A program made the translations under genes and the position numbers. DNA of 57,489 nt from positions 248,001 to 305,489 of the forward strand of contig JALDZS010000004.1 in assembly GCA_022813965.1 (NCBI GenBank). The letters are read 5' to 3'. Under the pieces are notes generated by a model. That model saw only the letters and a program-made list of their open reading frames with translations, did not search any database and had not been told where the DNA came from. Below, piece by piece: positions 12,615 through 26,805 of the stretch (the stretch's first letter is position 1; every line of letters begins with the position of its first letter). This stretch comes from Toensbergia leucococca. Its lineage: Eukaryota.

Positions 12615-13458
12615 ATCCGACGAACAAATTTTTCAAAAAGGTAGGCGGAACCAAAGCACCCTGGCCGCTCCTCCCACGCCACCCGCCGCCACCTCGTCCT
12701 CGACGAGCAAATTCCTCAAGCTCATGTAATGAGTAATCTCACACGGAGAAGGAGGGAGGAAAACATTTCTTGGGACGTTCTCTGCTTTTTTTCGCTTTTT
12801 TTTTTTTGGCTGTTTATGTATATTATTACAATACATAAACATTCCTTTTTGATGCACTGAATGTCTTATTCCAACGCGAGTAAATATTAATTTATTTGAT
12901 CATGGCAACGAACCCTCCTAACCACCGGAACGGAAGTTCGTACTACCTAAGGTAGTCTCTACACCTCGTCGCGAAAAAAGGGGACTGTTCTTGCGGGTTC
13001 TGATGACGGCTTTGTAATCGCTGCCTGCGTATGAGTGCTTCTACAGTCATGACTCGAATACTAAAAGTCGCGCAAAAAAAATAGATGGTTCTTTGCTTTC
13101 TTGCTCTCGGGACTCGCGTTCCAGGTAGGGGCTGGTGGTGTGGAGTTAGGGGAGAAGGGATGTTTAAATAGCGAGCTTTATTTAGAAAATTCCACACCTC
13201 TTCCACCACTTGAGATTCCCACAGTACCTAGTACCTATTTGTTCCGAGGCGAATGGATCCTAAAAATCTTTCTTTCTTTCAAGAATGGGTTCGATGTAGA
13301 TAGCGTATGGCAGCGGTCGAGGGGGGTCAATTTCTCATACAAAGTTGATTTCTATTCATACAACAACAAAGCATGATCTTATCATTGCTTGCTCAAAAAT
13401 CAAGGCGGTGTGATATATACATGCAATTGGGCCCCTCCTGTCTCATAACATGAACGCG

Positions 13459-15282
13459 TCACCCCTTCTGAGCCTGACTCTTCCCCAACCCATCCTTATA
13501 CCTCTCCAGCGCCTTGGCCCTACACTCAGCATGCACAACCATCGGCCTCGGATACCCTTCTTTCTCCGCGACCTTCCCCTCCCCCCTCCCATACGGATCA
13601 TGCACTGCTTTCCCCTTCACAGCCTGCAATTCCGGCACCCACTTCCGGATATAATCGCCCTCCTTATCAAACCTCTCACTCTGCAGTAGGGGATTGAAGA
13701 TCCGAAAATACGGCTGCGGGTCCACGCCCGTGGAGGCGCTGAAGCCCCATCCGCCGTTGTTGCTGGCGAAGTCGCCGTCAATGAGATGCTCCATGAAGTA
13801 ACGCTCGCCCATGCGCCAGTCGAGAAGGAGGTCTTTGGCTAAGAATGAGGCGACGATCATGCGACAGCGATTGTGCATATAGCCCGTGTGGTTAAGTTGG
13901 CGCATGGCAGCGTCAACGATGGGGAAGCCGGTGTGGCCGGTGCACCAGGCTTGGAAGGACTCGGGGGAATAGTCCCAGGCTATATTTGTGTATTCGGGTT
14001 TGAAAGGTTTGTTCATACTTGGAGTATGTTAGCTGGAGTGTGCATTTTCGGTCAATGAGAAGGGAACTTGCCAAACGAAGGGCCAGTGGGTTAGTACGTG
14101 CTTGTAGAAGTCGCGCCAGGCTACTTCTGAGATCCAGGTCATTATGCCGCCATTGCCGCTATCGAGCTTTTTGGTACTGTTGGTATCTTGGGCACTTCGA
14201 ATGGCTGTTCGAGCGCTTAGTGTACCCGAGGCAAAGTGGACGCTCAATACTGCAGTGCCATTCGCTGCGGGCAGGTTCCTTGCGTCCTTGTACTGCCCGA
14301 TCTTCTGTTTGAGGAATTTTTCCAGCCGTTCGTGCGCTTCGTGCTCACCCGGTGGCCACATGCTTCGAAATCTCTTCTTCTCCTCATTGGAAAGCGTTTT
14401 GTTTTCTGGGGCCTCTGGAATTTGGCCCTCGAACAGAGCTTTGAAAGTCGTCCGTGCATTCTTTGGATTTTTTTCGGGTTCTTCATATAAGTCGAGATGT
14501 GTTGGATGTACGTGGAGATAGGCAACCCATGCTCGAAACCAAGGGGTGTAGACTGCGTATTGGTTTCCCGTCCCACTAGATAATTCTCCGGGGGCCACGA
14601 CACATGTGTCTGGGACCACGTTGAAGGCGATACCATGTTCCAAGCAAGCTCTAACCATCATTGCTTCCCGCCTAAGTTCGTCCACCTCATACTCGATGTT
14701 CGCGAATAGATGACTAGCGCCCCATTTCTGGCACAGCTCTATAATCTTAGTCGGTACAGTCTTGCGCTTCTCAATTGTCTCAACGTATAAGGGTATATCT
14801 AGCTTTCCAAGATCCTCTTTCAACACTTCCAATGTTCTGAGAATAAAGTCCACCCGCACAGGACTGGTCATGTGGGCCTTGAAATCTTGTGGGGACACAA
14901 TGTAGATGCAAATGAGAGGAATGCCCTTGCTTTTCGCTGTCTCGGATGCTAAGTGTAGCGCCTTGTTATCCTTCGTCCTTAGATCACATTTGAACCAATG
15001 GACTACCGCGTTGTTCACTTCTACGACCTTGCGTTGATGTTCCGTTTCGGTTTGAGCAGCATCAAGAAGTTCAATAGGACGCGGGAGCTCGTTCTTGTTG
15101 TATTGAAGGCAGCGCGCATTGGTCATTTCGGGAGGGTAGAATTCACGATCAACAATGTTGTACTCCTCCTCAGTCGACGACTCTTTGTAGGCGGGTACGC
15201 CATTCTTAGGCTTCTTGCTTGGAGAATCTGGGGTTGCGGTAGCTTTGCGCTTGATGCCATTGGCTGCTTTCTTAGGAGGCAT
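13459..15282 (-). CDS. PHR1: Class I CPD DNA photolyase, 2 exons
   Basis: VHWFKCDLRTKDN, YAVYTPW, EVAWRDFY, WCTGHTGFPIVDAAMRQL...MHNRCRM, DGDFASNNGGW, YFRIFNP. Intron 14018-14071 (GC-AG). In-frame upstream ATG at 15435. Confidence 0.95.
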
Positions 15283-16224
15283 TCTGAGGGTAGCTGACGC
15301 GTGATAAAGATAGCTCTGAAAGCAAGGATGATGATAAAGCGTGGGCTGCAGTCTTAGAGGTAAAGTATATTTATCACAACGTAGATGGAAACAAGCAGAT
15401 CGTAGAGACAAAAGCGTCGAGATATTGAAAAACATGCAATTCAAGGTGGCAAGAGGAGAATGGCTGAAAAGGAAATCAGGAAAAGGACGGTAATTGAACG
15501 TTAGCGTGTTTTAGAGATCTGCGAAACAGTGTCAATGAAGTCATCATCGATACGCGAACTCTACCCCTGTTGTCGGAGCCTCGGAGCTGTCAGCAGGCAG
15601 CCGAACCAGTCCTACCTACCTCTACTCTATTCTATGTGGGGTAATTTTCATTCGTGCTACGGATACGCCGAGAAGGTACCTTACCTACCTATGTTATTAA
15701 ATTGAACTATGAGGGCAAGTTCTCTTGGCAAAAGTAAATGGTCAGGCAATGCTTGACTAAGTCTCGTACTCTACACACTTTGGAAGGATCAGACTGCAGA
15801 CTAAGAGTCTCTGCTGGAAAACAGCGTAATGAAGTGATGAGGTGAATATCCACAGATGTGCCAAGCCAAAGGAGTAGCGATGCCTGACTTCTAAGTGGCA
15901 TGTCCAGTCCTCGGAAAACCGCACTTTCCATTGGACGTCTCAACCCAAGACGGTGGGGAGACTTGTAGTCTAAGGTAATTTCCGGGACGGGTCGGCCTGC
16001 GATGATGAAGACTATGTTTTTAGAATATGAGCCAAGAAGGATTCATGGAAACGGCGGACTTTTTTTGACCGAGCGAGGGGATCGGGTAATCCACATGTCT
16101 AGCTTACGTGAGATGGTGACACTGTGTTGGTGGAGTATCTTATCTGATTATTCTACTTAACTACCTCATCCTGCCGCCGTTCTCCTAAAATGCTCAATGA
16201 CACCATAATCACACTATCAACATC

Positions 16225-17922
16225 ATGGCAGCAGCACAAGGCGCTCCTCTCGCTATTACAAGTTCAGCTGTTGCTGCGCCAACTCACATTGCTGGTCATA
16301 TAGGCCATTTATCCCCCTCCGAGAACTCGGCCTTGAATGACTTCAGAACGTACTGTGCTGATCGGGGCTTCTACAAGCCAGCCGTTGATGGCGGCAAACC
16401 AAGTCATGACGATGAGACTCTCCTGTAAATTTACCCTTCGTCATTGCAAGCTGTACCGTTATTAAGCCTACTAACATCGTCACAGACGCTTTCTTCGAGC
16501 TCGTCGGTTCAATGTCCAAGATGCATTCGGCCAGTTCAGCGATACAGAAGCTTGGCGCAAGGAAAACCACATGGTTTCCCTTTATGAGAATATCAATGTT
16601 GACGAATATGAAGAAACTAGAAGACTTGTGAGTATTCCAGAGCCTCTCTGTTCGCATAGCATGATTTATCATTGCCATTGCAGTATCCTCAATGGACTGG
16701 ACGACGGGATAAGCGCGGCTTACCCGTCTATCTCTATGTCGTCTCACATCTCAACTCCAAGTTGATGGGCGCTCACTCGAAAGCTACAGCCGCACACGCC
16801 AATCACGATTCCAAGACCCCCGCCAGGATGCTTCCGCTTTTTGCCCTGTACGAAAATATGATTGAATTTGTTTTGCCGTTATGCACCGCGATACCCAGAC
16901 CGAATCCAGAGACGCCCATATCGCAGTCGAACAACATTGTAGACATTTCGGGGGTGGGATTAAAGCAATTTTGGAATCTCAGGAGTCATATGCAAGATGC
17001 TAGCACGCTTGCAACGGCACATTATCCAGAAACTCTCGACAGGATTTTTGTATGTCTTTCCCATTATTCAGGTTCTTCTGCTCATTGAAATGGAGAATCT
17101 ACAGGCTGATAAATTGTGCAGATCATCGGCGCTCCTTCCTTCTTCCCGACAGTATGGGGTTGGATAAAAAGATGGTTCGATCCAATCACGACCTCCAAAA
17201 TATTTATTTTGGGCCCCTCTGAAGTCAAGCCTACTTTGACAAGGTTTATTGATCCAGAAAATGTTCCACGGAAATACGGAGGGGAGCTCGATTTCGAATT
17301 TGGGATGTTGCCGAATTTAGATCCTGTTCTTGATGAAATCATGACCTTCAATTCAAACGGATCTAAATCATCAAAGCCGACACTCCCCCGTGGACCGGTT
17401 GAGTGGCAAGAAGGGAAGAACGGAGATAGGGTAGCCGTTGCAGTTGGGAGCATCAATGGGACTCCTAGGAGGGAGCCTATCGCAACGCTGCATCCTTTGG
17501 TTAAAGAAAACGGAAACGTAGAGAACCGAAAGCAAGAGAACAAGAGCATAGAGAACGGGAACTATGTCAACGGTGGTCTAGCAGAAGTGGTGCCTCCTTA
17601 TCAAAATGGATCTACACAGGCTACCCCTCAACAGACTGGCCTTCCTCAAGATAGTGTTTCTCAGGTTGACGCTCCTCAACCAAGCGTTCCGCAGACAATG
17701 CCTCCGCAAATTATCCCTCCTCAGGCTGGAGCTCCTCAAGCTGCATTGCAGCAAGCTATGCCTCTGCAGGGTGGCATTCATCAGATCGGCCAGCCTGAAA
17801 CCGGTGCCCCCCAGGCTACTCATGCTGCGCTCCCTCAAGCCAGCCAGCCTCAGATCAACAGTTCGCAATCTATCATGACTGAAAAACCCCCATTTCCCGT
17901 CCACAGCGACCCCCTAAGCTAG
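16225..17922 (+). CDS. Sec14/CRAL-TRIO lipid-binding protein with Gln/Pro-rich tail, 4 exons
   Basis: DDETLL|RFLRARRFNV, YPQWTGRRDKRGLP, HYPETLDRIF|IIGAPSFFPTVWGWIKRWFDPITTSKI, VPRKYGG; three GT-AG introns. Confidence 0.92.
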
Positions 17923-18595
17923 CTCCGCCAAATACTCGTCCAGCACCAAGCCACTACTACCTACCTTCCCTGCTCGACATGGCGAGATCCCTTACGAATC
18001 ATCCGTCGGGCAATTTGCAGTCGGCAAACGAAATGCTTGCATGATTCGCATGCCGACGGCCGCCTCGTTCTCGTGTGATATATCTTTTTACCTTTTTCGC
18101 CTTGTTGTAACTTGGCTTTTTGGTGCATTTGTATTCTGGCGTTGAGTGGTGACTCTGGAAGGAAATGAAGATATGTCTTAGATTCATTGTTGCTTTGATG
18201 GACAATACTCTTAGCGGGTGAGACTTTTTGGGGGGACTGAGCTAAGGAATGAATGAATTGCTAAATGGAGAGAATATTACTTTCCATTCCGGATATCTAT
18301 GATAAGACAAAGGACGAGACATCAACAAGAGCAACAACTTCACCAGAGTGTTTCAGAAATTGCAACTAATCTCTTGCATAACGTACCAGACATGGAAGAA
18401 AGAAAACCAGATCGAATCTCGACGCCGGAAAAGGCAGAATGGGTTTTGAGCCATCTTGAACAAAATAACATCCCCAGGAACCACACACACATAAACCTAC
18501 TCCACCAAAACCCACCCATTTACCTCCCCGCTCCTCTAACCTTCACACCACTCCCCCCCAAACCCCCCCCAAATTCAAAGAAACTCAAAATAAAA

Positions 18596-18998
18596 AAATG
18601 TCCCACCCGTATCTGTGACTGGACCAAGACTTGAAAAGCCAAGTCTCTTCAGCAGGTGGGTTCAGGCTCTGTGAGCGTGTCTCTTATCTTCGGCTGTTCT
18701 TTCCGCGTGGGAAACGAAAAAAAAACCTTCCTCGATCGTTGTGGAGGGACCACCCCTGGGGGTGGAATGAGGGAGGAAGTTTTTTGGTAGGAGCCGGGTT
18801 GGGGAATTAGAGGAATTGGAGGGGCTTGTGGGGAAAGAGAGGAGAGGGAGGGGTGGGAGGTGGGAGAGAGGGAAGAGTTGGGGGAGTGTATGGATGTGGG
18901 AACGGAGAGTTCTGGTACTTGTGTGTGATGAGCGTGTAGGTAGGCAAGGCCCAGAGCGAAGTCCAGGCGCTCAGACCCAGCAATCTACCATTCCATGA
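18596..18998 (-). ncRNA. Candidate box H/ACA snoRNA(s); 5' hairpin carries an snR37-like guide for 25S/28S rRNA
   Basis: 3' hairpin with lower stem CCCACCUG/CGGGUGGG and upper stem AGACUUG/CAAGUCU, ending ACA-UUU at 18601-18596. Middle hairpin AAAAAACUUCCUC/GAGGAAGGUUUUUU followed by ANANNA boxes (AAAGAA, AGAUAA). 5' hairpin AUGGAAUG/CAUCCAU with pocket GCU...CGUUCCC (18904-18898) 15 nt before ACA, complementary to LSU rRNA GGGAACG-U-G-AGC. Confidence 0.55.
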
Positions 18999-19166
18999 TT
19001 TCAAGCCCCGACTTCTCCACACAGCAACCACCCTCCTCCCTAAAATCTCCCCTCAAAAAAAGTCAGCCCACCCCCCAAACCAAACCAAAAAACCAAAAAA
19101 AAAAAACAGACTCACCCTTCCCGCCCCCACACCCAACCCATCCAACCCCCCCTCCCCCCCAAATCT

Positions 19167-19514
19167 CTAACGCTGCCGACTCCCACTCCACACCCCCTTC
19201 AACAGCCCATCCCGCTGCGCCAACCGATTCAAACTATCGTCCCCCTCCCCCATCGCCCGCACGAAGCCGCACAGAGCGTAGACCTGGTTCTCGCCCGTGT
19301 AGCGGCCGTTGTCGTCGACTTTGCCGACGGAGATTTGGACCGAGGCGTGGTCTTTGGCTTTGATGATGCGGTTGGTCGCGCTGCATTTGCGGGGGACGTA
19401 GCTGGGGGTGTGCGATTAGTTTTTGGGGGATTTTTTTTGGGGGGGGTTTTTTGTTTGGGGTGAGGGGTGGAGGGGAGGGTACAGGTCTACGAGTTCGCCT
19501 TTGTCGTTTTCCAT
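19167..19514 (-). CDS. RPS21: 40S ribosomal protein S21 (eS21), 2 coding exons; absent from the ORF track
   Basis: Exons 19514-19483 and 19401-19167 give [88 protein letters not shown]. Confidence 0.98.
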
Positions 19515-19884
19515 GTTTTTTTTGTGAGAGGTTGGGGGACTGGTGGGGTTTGGATGTTGTGGGAATGTGTTGAGTCTTTGGAAGCTGTTTGGGTGCGGTG
19601 AGATTGGCTGGGTAAAAAGTTCGGGGGTTTCGCTTGTGAGGTGTGGGTCAGGTGATTTGCTTGTTCAGGGGGGTTTTGTTTATTTCCTGGAAAAATCACA
19701 CATTTCAATTGCATTCAAAATTGGATAGTGGTATCTACCAAGACTGTTGATGACCATGGTCTGGAATCAATTCAATCACAGACGTGATCTCATCTCTTGT
19801 TTTTATAAATTGTATACTCTGCAGATAATCTTCCCTGAGATGCCAGTCAAATGATGCTAAGTATCATCAAGTACAGCTCAACGG

Positions 19885-21245
19885 CTATAATCTCTCCTTA
19901 TTCTTGTCGTGATCTTTGACCATGTCTTTTCTCCACCGAACCTCTGGGTTCCTCGGTACTCCCTTCCTATAGTGCATCAGCATGACCCGTTCTGCATCAC
20001 CCCTTCTCCCACTTCCCTCCAACTCTAGCCCTGGATAATTGGCACTCATTACCACTCGACCATCATGTTCCCTTGAATACAAGCCATTAGGCGACATGCA
20101 CTTCTCTGCCCAAGGAGGATCTCCACCCTTGACAAAGTCCAGCAGTTCTTCCCGTTGCTTAGCTAAGTCTTCAGGATGAAAGTTGCTCGGCGCATTCTCT
20201 GGAGAGAGGAAAGGAGATATGAGATGCAAGAGGAAAAATTGGGGAGGAAAAAGGATAATCCTGTCAGATGCACACAAAGAAAGCCATTTCGATGGTGGTA
20301 GAAATCGCGCCGACGTGTGTTCAATACCGCCATCGGACGTCGGCTTGGGTATTATTGTTTCGCTCTGAGTAAGAAGTGAAACAGTACCCGGCATGGAAGA
20401 TGGATTTCTTAGAGGCAGGAAGTACAGGTACATTTGAACGCTGAATCGTTTTGGTACGTTCGTTGGGGTGATCCAACGAGTGAAAGGGATTAAATTTTCT
20501 TTTAGAGCCTCAACAAACGGCCATATTGCATAGGATATTTGGACAGTGGAAAATACCTGTATCTGGATAACCACCATGCTGCGCTACCCAGTCTTTGAAG
20601 CCCACCTTGTTCTCGTATATGGAACGACGTCCCTCCCCCAAGAGTTCGTCGCTTAGTTTTATCAATTCACTGCTCGATCCTAGCTTCTTGGCTAGAAGTA
20701 TGCCGCTCTCCTCAAAACATTCTCTGATTGCAGCTAGCCTGTAAACCATACTATCCTCGTGCCTCATGGCATCTTCAGGACCCGGTATCTCTCCATCCTG
20801 CTCTGATTCCAAATTGCCGCCAGGGAAGACGTGAGCTGAGGGAAAAGACTTTGAAGACTGGACTCGATGGAGGAGTAATATCTGATTTGAAGGAGAGATC
20901 AGTAGGACACTGCAAAGTAATGGATTAGGCTGGGCGTCGGTAGTGATGCGAAAGGACTCATGCACACCTGGCGCTGGGTATAGGAACATGTGGGGGCTTC
21001 TCCCCAGAGGACTTGGATGTTTGTACTGGACTCATGTCTTGCCGACTAAGTCTAGCTTGAGTTGATTGAGAACGCTGTTTGATCTTGCCGACATCCACTG
21101 AAGGGGATTGACATCCGAGTCTATATGGATCAAAGGCAATTCGAGAATGAAAGTGTGCCCATCTGTATGCCTTTGTTCTTAAATGAATAAGGAATACCAG
21201 AGTCCTGATGCTGCGATTTATGTTAGAAGCACACAGAAGGAGCAT
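19885..21245 (-). CDS. NUDIX hydrolase (NUDT19-like), 3 exons
   Basis: PIPSA|SVLLISP, FPSAHVFPGG, AAIRECFEESGILL (Nudix box), LIPFTRWITP...KRF...YLYFLP, ILFPPQFFLL. Start is 21245 or the downstream ATG at 21036. Confidence 0.88.
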
Positions 21246-21554
21246 GTAAAGTAGTGATGTCGGAGCTTGGATGCACTCCTCTTGAAAGGCTAGGGCTTCT
21301 TAATGGAGAAATGATACGCTACGCTGAAACAGTACCGATAGAGAACATGGACAGGTAGCAAACTCCATTTGAACCTAGTCGATCATCTTCGATCTTTTGT
21401 TTGCCGGATTGAAGACGTCGTCTTTGACAGGTAACTGAATACACTCCCAAAAGTATTAACAACTCGATGAAAATGAAGATTCGAGGATTCGTATCTGAAC
21501 AGAGGCTCCGACAGACCGAGGGACGTTCCGGCCCGTCAAGTCAAATGCTCTGAC

Positions 21555-23524
21555 ATGCTACTGTCGTTGCACCCTACAAGATCACGACACTTAGCCTGTT
21601 CAAAGCAATCTTCAATCCACAGTCATGTTCTCAACTCTCTCGGGTTGCGCGTGCCCGCAATTGTGGCTGCCTTGAGCTGCAGTGACGCTGCAGCGAAGAA
21701 GGCCGTAGATCACGAGAGACCGCAATGGTACAATGGAACTTCTTCGTACGTTACAGGCAGTTGGGAGTCCTATACGTGTAGTCCGCTACCCAAAGAGACC
21801 TCTACGATTAGAATCGTGGAATTGTTACCTGGGGAACACGAACATGCCCGTTACCATATTCACAATGTACATCTGGACAGATTTCTTCGACGTCAGTCCT
21901 TGGAGTATGAAGCTCTTTCTTACACCTAGGATAATCAGACCTTCTCTAGATTTATTTGGTGCAATGGTAAAATATTCCCTGCCATCCAAAATCTTTACCA
22001 AGCCCTTGGAGAATGCGCAGAGTGGACGCCAGCAGAATGTTCTGGATTGATGCAATGCGCATCAACCAAGCGGATATGAATGAAAGAAATTACCAGGTAA
22101 GCCTCATGAGATCGATATACAGCCATGCCACTCAAGTAATACCCTGGCTTAGTGAAGAGGACGAACATACTAGCAATGCGTTTAATCTGATCAAAACAAT
22201 TGACACTAACGCTTTACCCGCTGATATTGGCTTCAAAGCTGTACCTAATGCTATCTGGGATAAGTGGGCCATGGATGAGACGAGGCTCCCATATTTCCGT
22301 CCGACGTATGGGAATCTCTTGCCAGTCTGTTTGAGCTTCCTTATTCTCAGAGAATCTGTGTTGTTCAAGAATTATCCGTCTCCTCCGTTGCAGTGGCTCA
22401 GTGCGGTAGATTTACCATCAAATGAGAGGACATCGAGTATGTCGCTCGATTGCTAATGATTACCGGATGGATCAGAGCTCTCCAAGAAATGTACGGTCTC
22501 GGAGTGAAACCAACCTTCATCAAGACTATGGGTGCCTGTAGGCTTGGCTTTTATGAAGTTCACGGAGGATTCGGAATGTCCCTCGATCTACTATTGTATT
22601 CTACTCGACGATTCCAGGCTACAGATCCACGAGAAAAGATCATAGCTCTCATGGGCCTTGCTAAAAATGTAGGGCCTAGAGCATCCCGCTCCATTGTACC
22701 CGACTACTCGAAATCGACAGTAGACCTTTATAGAGATATGACGGGCCGTGTTATCAAGGAAGAGAACTCTCTATGTCTCTTGTCTACGGCGGAAGACAAT
22801 TCTGACGGAAAAATGCTCAGCCTTCCTTCTTGGGTCCCGGATTATAGTCTTGGGCAGCGGGCTACTATTATAGGTTTTCCCATTATTCAATTGAAGTATC
22901 AAGCAGCCAGCTTGGATCCGATGACAGCCAGATGGACAACAGCGTCTAATGTTCTAGGCCTTCAAGGTCGTTGCGAGGATGTAATTAAAATAGTATCCTC
23001 GAAGGCCTCCTAGGCTACTCGAATGTTGTGAGCCGCTGGCTGAAAATGGCAGAGCCGCTCATACGAACAGGATGTCTTAGCATGGAAGCCTTCTGGCGTA
23101 CAATAATTGGCGATAATGGCGGAGGAAATTTTCCAGCTCATAAGCAGTACGGAAGGCACTTTGCTAGCTACACCTCTCTCACAGCTGCCCAGAAAGAGTT
23201 ATTTTCTTGATGATTTTGAGATCAAACAGGCTGATCTTTTGAGGCCTGGTAGACCAATACTATTCCAATCAGCATTAACGTACATAGCGCCCCACAGGAG
23301 GTTCTTCACGACTATGAAAGGCTCTGTCGGACTGGGGCCTCGGTCTATCCAGCCTGGGGACTCGATCTGCGTGCTCAGTGGAGGTCAAGTCCCAATGATC
23401 CTACGAAAAGATGACGACCATAACCACTTGGTTGGGGAATCATAGGTACGTTCATAATCTCACGAGGGGACAAGCCTTCCAGGAACACAGCACCCTGAAA
23501 GAGTTTCTGATCCGCTGGAAGTGA
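21555..23524 (+). pseudogene. HET-domain (HET-6-like) protein pseudogene
   Basis: Ordered HET motifs IRIVELLPG, YEALSYT*, NLYQAL, FWIDAMRINQAD..ERNYQVSLMRSIY, ATDPREKIIALMGL, PDYSKS, LPSWVPD, RRFFTT..GSVGLGP...PGDSICVLSGGQVPMILR, LVGES*. They lie in several frames with in-frame TAGs (21927, 23011, 23443) and frameshifts. Confidence 0.85.
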
Positions 23525-24029
23525 GAAAGAAACCAAACGCAAGTCGTATATACCAAAGCGAATTCTTTACACGCTGTCAAAAGCCTGGGTTGTAGCGATG
23601 CCACCATGCTTCAACTTTTATTGTAACAACACATCACGAGAGACTAGAGGCTCTCCCATACAATACTCACGCTAGTATCCCCCCCCCCTCTTGCCATTCG
23701 AACCCCATCTCATTTCCGCAACTACCGATTCCATTTCATATCAAAAAGCAGCTTCGTGCCTGTAAAGCATTTCCAAAATTCCTCGAGCCTCCCTTGAAGT
23801 ACGCCACGATCCCTCCCACCGCCGTGCAAAGACGCCTTTCTTTTTCAAAAAAAAAAGTGCCCAGTCCCCTCCATTGCCCAAGAACCCTCCCCCCACAATC
23901 TCAACCTTCCCGTCTCTACTCTTAATCTCTCACTTCCCCAAGGCTCTTCATTCGTCTTCCAAAAAAAACAAAAAAAACAATAACGAATAACAAAGGCAGA
24001 TTCAGCAAGCATGCTACGTCTCATTCATG

Positions 24030-24051
24030 ACACACACACACACACACACAC
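24030..24051. repeat. (CA)n microsatellite
   Basis: About 11 AC units. Confidence 0.9.
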
Positions 24052-24880
24052 GGGAAATGAGAGATCCAGCACCTCCGAGCACAGCACTCATAGTCACCTC
24101 ACTACCCACATTTACATCCTCAAGCAAAAGCAAGGAAGGTGCATGATGAATTCCCTGAAAAAGAACAAAGCAGAAAAAATCCCCTTGAGAAGTTTTCATA
24201 GGCCGGGTGTCTCGACCTAAGTATAGATCTTCTTGATCGATCAAATTGATTCCAAGCTCCCAGCCCAGCCAAAGTGTCCTTCTTGGTTGGATTATTCTTC
24301 TTGTGTGGTAGTACATCTAATGGATGGAGAAAAAAAAAAGGAAGGTTCGTGTTGAAGAGGCGCGTACAGTGTCGAGGACGGACAAAAGTGTGAATAATGT
24401 AGAGTTTGTCTTGGCGGTTGGTGGGGAGGGATATTGGAGAGATGCAACTTTAGCGCAAAAAAATATCAATTCAATCACTCAAGCCCTGGCGTCACGGATC
24501 ATGGAACATGCGTGCAAAATGGAGTATTTGTGGACTGTGGGGCATTTGGGGTGGAAAGTGAAAACAAGATCGAAGATTAAAGAAAGAAATGTCAATCATT
24601 TGGTAACTTCAGTGTACACACAAGGGGTTCATATCTGCGTACAGAAAACCAATTCAATATTCTTCAGATAAAATGATCTGCCATTTTTCATCAATAAGCT
24701 TCGTGAAGCCAGATATTTTGCAACAATAGATTAAGTCAACGAGCCGAAATGAGACTCTGAAAATGGTAGAGCCAGCTTCTTCCATAGTAAGCAGCCCATG
24801 CAAATATCTCTTGTGTAATCAAATAAGGGGGGGACCAATACCCGGGAAGCCAACGCCTTTGCACCACCTAGATAGAACCC

Positions 24881-26805
<1,925 letters not shown>

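Noticed and set aside
12900..13350. tRNA or snRNA in intergenic DNA (GTTCGA-like hits here and near 3043, 23698, 33712)
   Set aside because: No T-stem, acceptor stem or cloverleaf could be formed.
15500..15560. Light-response (GATN repeat) element upstream of photolyase
   Set aside because: Only isolated short GATC/CGAT matches, which are expected by chance.
18596..18998. Alternative identities for the RNA candidate (U3, snR30/U17, RNase P/MRP, telomerase RNA)
   Set aside because: No terminal box D, no snR30 m1/m2 motifs, no P4 consensus and no telomeric template were seen.
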